A stretch of 24,000 bases of DNA from an uncultured Rikenellaceae bacterium (GTDB lineage: Bacteria; Bacteroidota; Bacteroidia; Bacteroidales; Rikenellaceae), in assembly GCA_910577285.1 (NCBI GenBank), contig CAJTLO010000001.1:193424-217423 (forward strand). Direction: 5' to 3'. The notes beneath the pieces were generated by a model. It was not told the origin of the DNA. It made no database searches and worked only from the letters and a program-made list of their open reading frames with translations. Below, in pieces: positions 14,871 to 22,675 of the stretch (positions are counted from its first letter, which is position 1; every line of letters begins with the position of its first letter). Made by a program: the position numbers and the translations under genes.

Positions 14871-14912
14871 AAACGAGCGAGGCTGTCCGACGATCGGACA
14901 GCCTCGTTTTGT
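14871..14912. terminator. Bidirectional hairpin terminator between convergent genes
   Basis: 13-bp stem cgaggctgtccga / tcggacagcctcg (14878-14890 / 14894-14906), flanked by aaacgag on one side and tttt on the other. It sits between the stops at 14853 (+) and 14930 (-). Confidence 0.75.
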
Positions 14913-14929
14913 CGCCGAGGGCGGACAAG

Positions 14930-15283
14930 CTACGGACGGAGCTTGCCGAATGCCTGAATGTTCGTTCCCTGTCGGAGGAAAAGCGAGTCGCCGGTGCTCC
15001 GTTTGTCGATCGTGAGGGTGTCGGTAAAGGCGATGGAGAGGCCGTTGCCGACGCTTTTTCCGGTGATGATCAGTTTGTCGCCCTCGCGTTGCCAGGTATC
15101 CAGGAGCAGGGTGTACATGTTCACCGAACTGGCCGTACCGTCCGCACGGAGCTCCATGCCCTGCATCCAGCCGCCCGTCTGCCCCGGTACGGGTTGCAGC
15201 CAGGTGCCGGTCAGGTCGATCGCTTTGGGTTTGCAGCCTACTGCGCCGAGGGCCGCCATTGCCAGGATAAGAAGTTTTTTCAT
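14930..15283 (-). CDS. Lipocalin-like small lipoprotein, 117 aa
   Basis: Start at MKKLLILAMAALGAVGC (lipobox; cat at 15281-15283). Carries the DLTGTW motif typical of lipocalin-like domains. The upstream 29-aa extension in the track was rejected. Confidence 0.7.
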   Translation of the reverse strand: MKKLLILAMAALGAVGCKPKAIDLTGTWLQPVPGQTGGWMQGMELRADGTASSVNMYTLLLDTWQREGDKLIITGKSVGNGLSIAFTDTLTIDKRSTGDSLFLRQGTNIQAFGKLRP

Positions 15284-15417
15284 GGAAATTATGTATTTAT
15301 GTCGTTGCTGACTTCCGGAACGGAGCATCTGCCGCTCGGGGGCGTTCCGTTGCGCCGCGAAGGTACGCAATATTCCGGTACGCGCCGTCGGCTGCTCCGA
15401 AGATGGTTGCGGGTGGC

Positions 15418-16026
15418 TTACCCTTTCATGGCAAAGACGAACGTTTCGATGCCGTTGAGGATCATTTGCAGACCGATGGCGGCCACGATCAGGGCCGTGA
15501 TGCGGATGAGCGGCATGAGCATGTTCCGGCGGACGAGGAATTTACCGATCCGGTCGGCATTGCGCATGATGAGCAGGTTCAGCAGCAGGGCGAGCACGAC
15601 GGCCGCGATCGTCATCCATCGTCCGTAGACGGCCGGCATCGTCACCACGGCGGTGATGGTGGCCGGTCCCGCGATCATGGGAATGGCGATGGGAACGGCT
15701 ATCAGCTCTTCGAGGCGCGTATCCTTGTTGATGGAGAGGAAGGCTCCTTTCTGAAGCCCCACGAAGCCGTTGTAGAACAGGACGATGCCGCAAGTGATCT
15801 GGAATGCGTACAGCTTCAGGTTGAATACGTATCCCAGGATGGCCTCGCCCAGGAAGAGGAACAGCAGCAGTACGCCGATGGCCGTGAGGGTGGCCTTGTC
15901 CACGATCCGGCGCAGTTCTCCGCGCGAGTAGGTTTCCTGTAGCGAGAAGACCACGAAAACCTTCTGTATCGGGTTGATGAGCGCGAGAAATGCGAAGAAC
16001 GCGCTGAAGAAGAGTTTGATATCCAT
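15418..16026 (-). CDS. marC: MarC family (UPF0056) integral membrane protein, 202 aa
   Basis: N-terminus MDIKLFFSAFFAFLALINPIQK with the family-typical NP motif. Six hydrophobic segments. Starts 7 nt downstream of the yeiH-like stop. Confidence 0.8.
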   Translation of the reverse strand: MDIKLFFSAFFAFLALINPIQKVFVVFSLQETYSRGELRRIVDKATLTAIGVLLLFLFLGEAILGYVFNLKLYAFQITCGIVLFYNGFVGLQKGAFLSINKDTRLEELIAVPIAIPMIAGPATITAVVTMPAVYGRWMTIAAVVLALLLNLLIMRNADRIGKFLVRRNMLMPLIRITALIVAAIGLQMILNGIETFVFAMKG

Positions 16027-16033
16027 AGGGGTG

Positions 16034-16978
16034 TCAGGAGTTGAGGATCACCAGCAGCGAGAAGACGGAAACCGTGATCCACAGGATGACGCCGAGGATG
16101 AGGGGTTTCCAGCCCACCGATTTGATCTTTTCGACCGACAGCCCGGCTCCTATCAGGAAGAGCGTTACCACCAGGGCGGCTTTCGATACGGTCGTGATCG
16201 CCGGAGCGAGGGTACTCACGCCGGGCAGGTAGCTGTTGGCCAGCATGGCGAGGATGAAGAAGAGGATGAACCACGGAATCGAAATCTTCTTGCCCTTGCT
16301 TTTGAAGAGAAAGGCGGAGAGGAGCGAAACGGGGATGATCCACAGCGCCCGGGCCAGTTTGACGGTCGTAGCCACTTCGAGTGCTTCGTTGCCGTAGGCC
16401 GAGGCGGCGCCTACCACCGAACTCGTGTCGTGAATGGCGATGGCGCTCCACAATCCGAACTGATGCTGGGTGAGTCCCAGCAGGTTGCCCAGAAAGGGAA
16501 AGAGGACCAGTGCGACGGCGTTCAGCAGGAAGACCACGCCGAGCGAAACGGATATCTCTTTCTCCGAGGCATCGACCGCCGGTGCTACCGCTGCGATCGC
16601 ACTGCCGCCGCATATGGCTGTTCCGGAGGCGACCAGATGGGAGGACTTGCGCGGCATCTTGAGCCATCCGCCCACGACATAGCCCAACACGAGCACCATC
16701 GTGATCGAGGCGACGGTCAGTCCCAACCCTTCGCGTCCCACATGCAGGGCGCTCTCTACGTTCATCCCGAAACCGAGTCCTACCACCGATGCCTTCAGCA
16801 ACAGATTCGTGACCTTGTGGCTGAGCTTGGCATAGGGGTGGCCGAAGAAGAGGGTGAAGAGAAAGCCCCCGACCAGTGCCACAGGAGCGGATACGTAAGG
16901 AGTGGCGCAGAGAACGACGGCGAGTATGAAACCCGCCTTGATGAAGCCCGTGCGTTTGGAGGTTTTGCTTGTTTCCAT
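16034..16978 (-). CDS. yeiH: YeiH/UPF0324 family putative sulfate-exporter-type membrane protein, 314 aa
   Basis: Polytopic membrane protein with LVASGTAICGGSAIAAVAP, characteristic of the YeiH family. Adjacent to a LysR regulator, as yeiE-yeiH are in E. coli. Confidence 0.8.
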   Translation of the reverse strand: METSKTSKRTGFIKAGFILAVVLCATPYVSAPVALVGGFLFTLFFGHPYAKLSHKVTNLLLKASVVGLGFGMNVESALHVGREGLGLTVASITMVLVLGYVVGGWLKMPRKSSHLVASGTAICGGSAIAAVAPAVDASEKEISVSLGVVFLLNAVALVLFPFLGNLLGLTQHQFGLWSAIAIHDTSSVVGAASAYGNEALEVATTVKLARALWIIPVSLLSAFLFKSKGKKISIPWFILFFILAMLANSYLPGVSTLAPAITTVSKAALVVTLFLIGAGLSVEKIKSVGWKPLILGVILWITVSVFSLLVILNS

Positions 16979-17005
16979 ATGGAGTGCTGTTTATCGTTTG
17001 CTGTG

Positions 17006-17013
17006 CAAAAATA
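17006..17013 (-). promoter_or_regulatory. Candidate -7 box (TATTTTTG) for the yeiH-marC genes
   Basis: Exact TAnnTTTG match on the minus strand, 28 nt upstream of the ATG at 16978. An AATAC-N6-GTATT inverted repeat (17036-17051) lies just upstream. Confidence 0.4.
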
Positions 17014-17054
17014 GCTCCTCAAACGCTCGATGGCCAATACGTAAAAGTATTTGG

Positions 17055-17957
17055 TTATAACTTCAGGTTATGGATGCTCGTGCAAAACTGGCGGAAGAAC
17101 TTCGCCAGCCGGCCGTAGTTGCCGTGTGCGGTGACGAAACGGAAACTGCGGTCGATCTGAAGTCCTTTCGTTTCGACGATTCTCAATTTGTTGCCTATCA
17201 GTTCGTCCAGTACGGCCTGTACGGAGATGAAGGCAAATGCCCCCGAGTTGTAGAGGTAACGTTTGATGCTTTCGCTGCTGCCCAGTTGCATCTCGATGTT
17301 CATGGACCTCAACGCGATTCCGTGTCCCGCCAGGGCCTCCTGGAGAATGTCGAGGGTGCCGGAACCGGTCTCCCGGATGACGAGGGGGAGGCGGGGTAGT
17401 GCGGCCAGATCCACCTCCTCGTCGCGGAAGGCCGAGTTGGATACGGAGGTCACCAGCACTACCTCGTCGCGCATGAATGGGTCGTAATGTAGGGCGTGGC
17501 TCGTCGCCTTGCCTTCGATCATTCCGATGTCGATGCGTCCCGCGGCGACGAGCGCTTCGATCTGCTCGGTGTTGCCGGTGGCCATCTCCACGTCGATTTC
17601 GGGATAGCGCCGCCGGAAGGAGGCGAGGATACCCGGCAGGACGTACTGGGCGATGGTGGTGCTCGCTCCTATACGGAGGCTGCCGGCCGGCGGACCGCCC
17701 AGTTCCGCGAAAGCGTCGTTCAGACCGGCGTAGATGTCGAGGATGCGATTGGCGTAGTCGAGTGCCAGCTTGCCGTGTTCGGTGAGCGAAACGGCTCCCC
17801 GGCGCCGGTCGAGGAGGGGAACCCCCAGTTGTTTTTCGAGTTCGCCGATGTGTTTGGTCACGGCCGGTTGCGAGATGAGCAGCTCTTCGGCCGCTTTGGT
17901 GAAGCTCAGTCTGTCGGCTACCGTTTTGAATACTTTCAGTCTGAAATCGGTTATCAT
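17055..17957 (-). CDS. LysR family transcriptional regulator (YeiE/CysL-like), 300 aa
   Basis: Start at MITDFRLKVFKTVADRLSFTKAAEELLISQPAVTKHIGELE, a winged-HTH of LysR type (cat at 17955-17957), followed by a LysR substrate-binding domain. The 24-aa upstream extension was rejected. Confidence 0.9.
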   Translation of the reverse strand: MITDFRLKVFKTVADRLSFTKAAEELLISQPAVTKHIGELEKQLGVPLLDRRRGAVSLTEHGKLALDYANRILDIYAGLNDAFAELGGPPAGSLRIGASTTIAQYVLPGILASFRRRYPEIDVEMATGNTEQIEALVAAGRIDIGMIEGKATSHALHYDPFMRDEVVLVTSVSNSAFRDEEVDLAALPRLPLVIRETGSGTLDILQEALAGHGIALRSMNIEMQLGSSESIKRYLYNSGAFAFISVQAVLDELIGNKLRIVETKGLQIDRSFRFVTAHGNYGRLAKFFRQFCTSIHNLKL

Positions 17958-18031
17958 GCGTCGTGTCGTCGTTCGGAGAATGGAAGGAAGCGTTGCTCCG
18001 TGTCGGGCCCGTCGGAGGTGTCGCTCCATAA

Positions 18032-18039
18032 CAAAAATA
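18032..18039 (-). promoter_or_regulatory. Candidate -7 box (TATTTTTG) for the LysR gene
   Basis: Exact TAnnTTTG match on the minus strand, 75 nt upstream of the ATG at 17957. Confidence 0.3.
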
Positions 18040-18103
18040 GCGATTGTCGCCGAAAAAGCGGATGCGGAACCTTCGCCTTTTCGGGGGAAGGTTTACCCGG
18101 CAG

Positions 18104-18142
18104 GAAAGAAAAGTTCCGCCGAAGGATCTCCTTCGGCGGAAC
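18104..18142 (-). terminator. Rho-independent terminator of the rubrerythrin gene
   Basis: Stem of up to 14 bp, gttccgccgaagga / tccttcggcggaac (18113-18126 / 18129-18142), followed on the minus strand by ttttctttc. It lies 56 nt after the TAA stop. Confidence 0.75.
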
Positions 18143-18197
18143 GTGCGTGTCCCGGTTTGCGGAGTACGATGGTCCGCAAGCGGATATTTTCGGCGGA

Positions 18198-18752
18198 TTA
18201 TTTCCGGAAATACCGGTTGTAGAGCCCTTCGAATCCTTTGCCGTGACGAGCCTCGTCGCGGGCCATCTCATGCACGGTGTCGTGGATGGCGTCCAGGTTC
18301 TGCTGTTTGGCCAGCGTGGCGATGCGTTTCTTGTCTTCGCATGCACCGGCTTCCGCTTCCATGCGTTTTTTCAGGTTGGTCTTCGTGTCCCAAACCACGT
18401 CGCCGAGCAGTTCGGCGAATTTGGCCGCATGTTCGGCCTCTTCCCAGGCGTAGCGCTTGAAGGCCTCGGCCACTTCCGGATAACCTTCCCGGTCGGCCTG
18501 GCGGCTCATTGCCAGATACATGCCCACCTCGGTGCATTCGCCCATGAAGTGTGCGTTGAGTCCTTCCAGAATCTCCGGAGCGACGCCTTTGGCAACGCCC
18601 AGTACGTGTTCGTCGGCGAAAGAGAGCGCACCTTCCGTTTCGACGAGTTCTTTGAATTTCTCTTTGGGCTGTTTGCACTGAGGGCACAATTCGGGTGCCT
18701 CGTCGCCTTCGTGTACATAGCCGCACACGGTACAAATCCATTTCTTTGCCAT
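18198..18752 (-). CDS. rbr: Rubrerythrin family protein with an N-terminal rubredoxin-like domain (reverse domain order), 184 aa
   Basis: N-terminus [26 protein letters not shown] (two CxxC pairs), followed by a ferritin-like four-helix domain with E..H-type diiron ligand motifs ([13 protein letters not shown]). Confidence 0.9.
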   Translation of the reverse strand: MAKKWICTVCGYVHEGDEAPELCPQCKQPKEKFKELVETEGALSFADEHVLGVAKGVAPEILEGLNAHFMGECTEVGMYLAMSRQADREGYPEVAEAFKRYAWEEAEHAAKFAELLGDVVWDTKTNLKKRMEAEAGACEDKKRIATLAKQQNLDAIHDTVHEMARDEARHGKGFEGLYNRYFRK

Positions 18753-18784
18753 AGTAATTAGCCTTTTGAATTGAAGTGTTTTCG

Positions 18785-18792
18785 CAAAGGTA
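18785..18792 (-). promoter_or_regulatory. Candidate -7 box (TACCTTTG) for the rubrerythrin gene
   Basis: Exact TAnnTTTG match on the minus strand, 33 nt upstream of the ATG at 18752. Confidence 0.4.
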
Positions 18793-18991
18793 ACGATTCT
18801 TGCCGGATTGTCGCGTATGGATTTTTTTATACGCTTATAGATGTGTCCTATCGGGGCGGCATGCGGTCGGTTTTCGGACCGATAGTGTGCGTAACTTCAC
18901 CGATAGCATCCCCCCGAGGTCAATTATGTGCATATATGCGTTTAGCTTTCATATATTTACGCTTCGAAAAATCCTTTAAACATAAAAAGTC

Positions 18992-21397
18992 GTGCCGTAT
19001 AGTTTGGAGAGTAAGATACGTTTCCATGTGGTGTTGGTTCTGGCCATGGTGACCATGGTGTGCCTGGGAGCGATGATTTATTTTTATGCTTTTCGAGTGA
19101 ATATCGATCAGCAGAAGGAGGCGGTCCAGGTCTATTCCGAGGAGGTGCGGAATGTCAATGAACTGATCCAGTCGGTATCCGATACGCGGACTGCCGCTAC
19201 CCTGTATATTATTACCAGGAACGAGCAATATCTGAATAATTTCGAGAACTCGCTGACCCGGGTCAGAATGCAGGCTGACTCCTTGCTTGCCAGCGAACCG
19301 GGATATCGCGTGCAGCTCGACGAATTCAATCTCCTGCTGGAGGAGAAGCGGAGCATCGTGGCGGGAATGACCGACCTTTTCAGTACCAGCAGCCTGAAGG
19401 CCTCGCTGGATGAGATCGTGCAGGTGTACCAGCAGCCGGTCGATACGGTGCGGCGCACCCAGATAACCAGCTACACGACCGATACGCTTGCCCTTCCGGT
19501 GCCCAAGAAGCGTTTCATGCAACGTTTGGCCGATGCCTTCTCGCCCCAGCGGGAGCGTGCGGAAACGGTGGTGGTCGCTTCCTCGGTGGTGGTGGATACG
19601 GCGGAAATTCTGCCGGCCGTAGTGCCCGACCTGGGGCAAGTGGTGGAGCAGGTACAGCGCGACTACCGACGTCAACTCGCCAATATCGAACAGAACATGA
19701 CATCGATGTTGGAAGCCGACCAGGCCATCTCTTCGCGCATATCGTTGATCCTGCTCAACCTGCAGGCCGATGTGATCCGTTCGCGTATGGAAGAGATCGA
19801 GCAGTACGAGGAGATGGTGCGACGCAACAGCAAGTTTTCCGTGGCGGGCGGTACGCTGGCCTTGGTGGCGATCATGGCCTTTATCGTGCTCATCGTGCTG
19901 AACGTGAACAAGAGCATCAAGATACGGGAGCAGTTGGAGGAGGCCAACCGGCTTTCGCAAAAGATCATCGAAAGCCGGCATCGGCTGCTGTTATCGGTGT
20001 CGCACGATATAAAGACGCCGATGAACTCCATTTTGGGGTATCTGGACATCAGCGATGCCGACGGCGGATTGTCGTCCAAGGAGATCGCTTCGATGCGTAA
20101 TTCGGGACGGCATATCCTGGCGCTGCTCGAAAACCTGTTGGAGTATTCCGCCCTGGAACAGGGAACGTTGCAAGCGGTCTATCAGCCCTTCAATGCCCGC
20201 GAACTCTTCGTGGAGACCTCCGACATGCTTCGTCCGCTGACCTTGCGCAAGAATCTGCACTTGGAGTACGACGTACGGATCGGTAACGGAGTGAGGTTGC
20301 TGTCGGACTCGCTCAAGATACGCCAGATCGCCATGAATCTGCTTTCCAATGCGGTGAAATACACTACGCAGGGAAGCATACGCTTTACCGCCACCTATCG
20401 CGACGGATGGCTCGAATTCTGTGTGGCCGATACGGGCGTGGGGATTCCGGCCGAATTTTTAGCCCAGTTGTACGAACCCTTTACCCGCAGTACCGAGAAC
20501 AGCCACTATGCGGAGGGTTCGGGACTGGGCATGTTCGTGGTCAAGGGACTCGTCGAACTGCTCAACGGCACGATCAACGTGTGGTCGGAAGTGGGCAAGG
20601 GAACCGCCGTGGAGGTGAGGATGCCGGTAGAACAGGCCCCCGACGAGGAGGAGCCGGTGGTATCGTCGGAACGGGCGCCGCAAACGGTGATCGTCGTGGA
20701 CGACGACCCGTCGATCCTGATCCTGCTGGAGGACATGTTGCGTCGTTTGGGTCATACGGTCATTCCGTGCAATACGTGGGGCGAGTTTGAAGCGGCGCTC
20801 TTCGGAAATACTCCTTACGACAGCATTCTTACCGATATGGAAATGGGCCTCTTTTCGGGTGGCAGCGTGCTGGAACGTACGCGCGACGCCGGTTTTTCCG
20901 TTCCGGTGATCATCATGACGGGACGCGGGGATTTCGACCTGGAGAAGGCCCATAGTCTGGGCTTCACCCATTATCTGGGCAAGCCGGTGACATTGGCGAT
21001 GCTGGCGCAGTTCTTCGGTGCGGTTTCCGGCGAGGTGGAATCGGTGCCGGAAAACGAAACGGGATTCGCAGCCCTGGAGGAGATGCTGGGCGGCGACAGG
21101 GAGGCCGTCTGCGAAATACTGACGGTATTCCATGCTACTACGCAGGAACATGCGGCCGCCCTGGAGGTGGCGATCGATATGGACGATTTTGCCAAAGCGC
21201 AGGCTTTGTGTCATAAGATGCTGCCTATGTTCCTTCAGATCGGGGCCGACGAGGCCGGGACGTATCTGAAGAAGATGGACTCCATGCGCGGATGCAAAGC
21301 GGAGGACTATCCCGACTGGCAGGAGGAGATGCGCCGGCTGTCGGAAATCATCGGGGAGGTCATGGCCCTGATAGAACGAAAATACCTCGCCTCCTGA
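18992..21397 (+). CDS. Hybrid sensor histidine kinase: TM, ~250-aa periplasmic helical sensor (CHASE3-like, inferred), TM, HisKA, HATPase, REC, Hpt
   Basis: H-box SHDIKTPMNSILGY, N-box NLLSNAVKYT, G-boxes DTGVGI and GSGLGM, REC with VIVVDDDP...ILTDMEMG, and a C-terminal Hpt-like ALCHKMLPMF. The track start is a GTG at 18992. The next in-frame ATG (19046) would cut TM1, so the exact start is uncertain. Confidence 0.88.
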   Translation: MPYSLESKIRFHVVLVLAMVTMVCLGAMIYFYAFRVNIDQQKEAVQVYSEEVRNVNELIQSVSDTRTAATLYIITRNEQYLNNFENSLTRVRMQADSLLASEPGYRVQLDEFNLLLEEKRSIVAGMTDLFSTSSLKASLDEIVQVYQQPVDTVRRTQITSYTTDTLALPVPKKRFMQRLADAFSPQRERAETVVVASSVVVDTAEILPAVVPDLGQVVEQVQRDYRRQLANIEQNMTSMLEADQAISSRISLILLNLQADVIRSRMEEIEQYEEMVRRNSKFSVAGGTLALVAIMAFIVLIVLNVNKSIKIREQLEEANRLSQKIIESRHRLLLSVSHDIKTPMNSILGYLDISDADGGLSSKEIASMRNSGRHILALLENLLEYSALEQGTLQAVYQPFNARELFVETSDMLRPLTLRKNLHLEYDVRIGNGVRLLSDSLKIRQIAMNLLSNAVKYTTQGSIRFTATYRDGWLEFCVADTGVGIPAEFLAQLYEPFTRSTENSHYAEGSGLGMFVVKGLVELLNGTINVWSEVGKGTAVEVRMPVEQAPDEEEPVVSSERAPQTVIVVDDDPSILILLEDMLRRLGHTVIPCNTWGEFEAALFGNTPYDSILTDMEMGLFSGGSVLERTRDAGFSVPVIIMTGRGDFDLEKAHSLGFTHYLGKPVTLAMLAQFFGAVSGEVESVPENETGFAALEEMLGGDREAVCEILTVFHATTQEHAAALEVAIDMDDFAKAQALCHKMLPMFLQIGADEAGTYLKKMDSMRGCKAEDYPDWQEEMRRLSEIIGEVMALIERKYLAS

Positions 21398-21411
21398 CGG
21401 AAGGCGAGGTA
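21383..21411 (+). terminator. Hairpin overlapping the kinase stop codon
   Basis: 10-bp stem tacctcgcct / aggcgaggta with a 9-nt loop containing the TGA stop. No T-tract. It sits in the 66-bp gap between the convergent genes. Confidence 0.4.
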
Positions 21412-21463
21412 CTCGGATAGGGGAGAAGCGACGGAGAAAAGCTCCGCCGGCTTATGGACTTGG

Positions 21464-22675
21464 TCAGACGTGGAGAGGAGTTTCGCTTCGCGCTATGGAT
21501 TCGAGCATGGCTGCCGGCAGATTCTGCAACGTTACCTCTTCTCCGCTGGCGAAAAGTACCGCACGGCGTACCACATTGCGCAACTCGCGCAGGTTGCCTT
21601 TCCAGGAGTAGTGCTCCATGACGGTCATCGCCTCGTCGCTGAAACGTTTGATCTCTTTGTTCAGTTCCTGATTGGCATTGTTGAGGAAGTGCTGCACGTA
21701 GAGCGGCAGGTCGCCGTGTCGTTCGCGCAGGGGCGGCATCGCCAGCATGAATTCGTCGAAACGGTGGTAGAGGTCCTCACGGAACCGGCCTGCCGTGATG
21801 GCCGCTTCGAGATTCTCGTTGGTCGCCACGATAATCCGGACGTCTATTTCGATGTCGTTGGCGGCTCCCACGGGGCGTATCTTGCGCTCCTGCAATGCCC
21901 GCAGGAGTTGGATCTGTACGTCGTAGGGCAGGTTGCCCACCTCGTCCAGAAAGACCGTACCGCCGTTGGCCACCTCGAAGACGCCCTTCTTGTTGGCGAT
22001 GGCCGAGGTGAACGCTCCCTTTACATGGCCGAAGAGTTCGCTGGGGGCCAGTTCCCGCGAAAGACTGCCGCAGTCCACCGCGATGAACGGTGCGGCGCTG
22101 CGCGGACTGTATTCGTGGATCAGGTGTGCAGCGTGTTCCTTGCCCGTTCCGCTTTCGCCGACGATGAGCACCGACATGTTCGTAGGCGCCACGATGCGTA
22201 TGTATTCGTAGAGTTGTTTCGATGCGGGACTCTCTCCGAAGACGATGTTGCCGGGGGTCTTTTCCGTCCCTTGTTTCTTTTTCTGCGACACCGACACCCT
22301 CGGGGCGGGCAGCGGGGCATTCTGCATGGCCTGTTCGATCTTCTCCTTCAGTACGGCCGGGTTGACGGGTTTCTGAAGGTAGTCGAAGGCGCCCAGTTTG
22401 ATGGCCGATACCGCGCTCTGTATCTCGGCGTAGCTGGTCATGACGATCACCTGTACGTCGGGTCTTTTGTCCTTGATCCACGCCAGCAGCATGATTCCGT
22501 CGCCGTCGGGCAACCGCAGGTCGGTGAGTGCGATGCGGAAGTTCTGTTGCAGAATCTCCTTTTTCGCCTGTTCCATGGTCAGACAGTGGGTGGGGGCGTA
22601 ACCGTTCTTTTTGGCCCAGTTCGATATGGTCAGCCCGTATGCAGCATCGTCTTCTATGATCAGTACTTTGTTCAT
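21464..22675 (-). CDS. Sigma-54-dependent response regulator (REC + AAA+ bEBP) lacking a C-terminal DNA-binding domain, 403 aa
   Basis: REC domain (IIEDD...TDLRLPDGDG). Walker A GESGTGKE, Walker B VFLDEVG, GAFTSA loop at nt 22001-22018, and RFREDLYHRF. The protein ends about 22 aa after ...RRAVLFASGEEVTLQNLP, with no Fis-type HTH. Confidence 0.9.
   Translation of the reverse strand: MNKVLIIEDDAAYGLTISNWAKKNGYAPTHCLTMEQAKKEILQQNFRIALTDLRLPDGDGIMLLAWIKDKRPDVQVIVMTSYAEIQSAVSAIKLGAFDYLQKPVNPAVLKEKIEQAMQNAPLPAPRVSVSQKKKQGTEKTPGNIVFGESPASKQLYEYIRIVAPTNMSVLIVGESGTGKEHAAHLIHEYSPRSAAPFIAVDCGSLSRELAPSELFGHVKGAFTSAIANKKGVFEVANGGTVFLDEVGNLPYDVQIQLLRALQERKIRPVGAANDIEIDVRIIVATNENLEAAITAGRFREDLYHRFDEFMLAMPPLRERHGDLPLYVQHFLNNANQELNKEIKRFSDEAMTVMEHYSWKGNLRELRNVVRRAVLFASGEEVTLQNLPAAMLESIARSETPLHV

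Noticed and set aside
15316-15349. Hairpin cggaacg...cgttccg between the marC-like stop and the lipocalin-like gene start, as a terminator.
   Set aside because: It has only a 7-bp outer stem with a 20-nt bulged interior and no T-tract. That is too weak to call as a feature.
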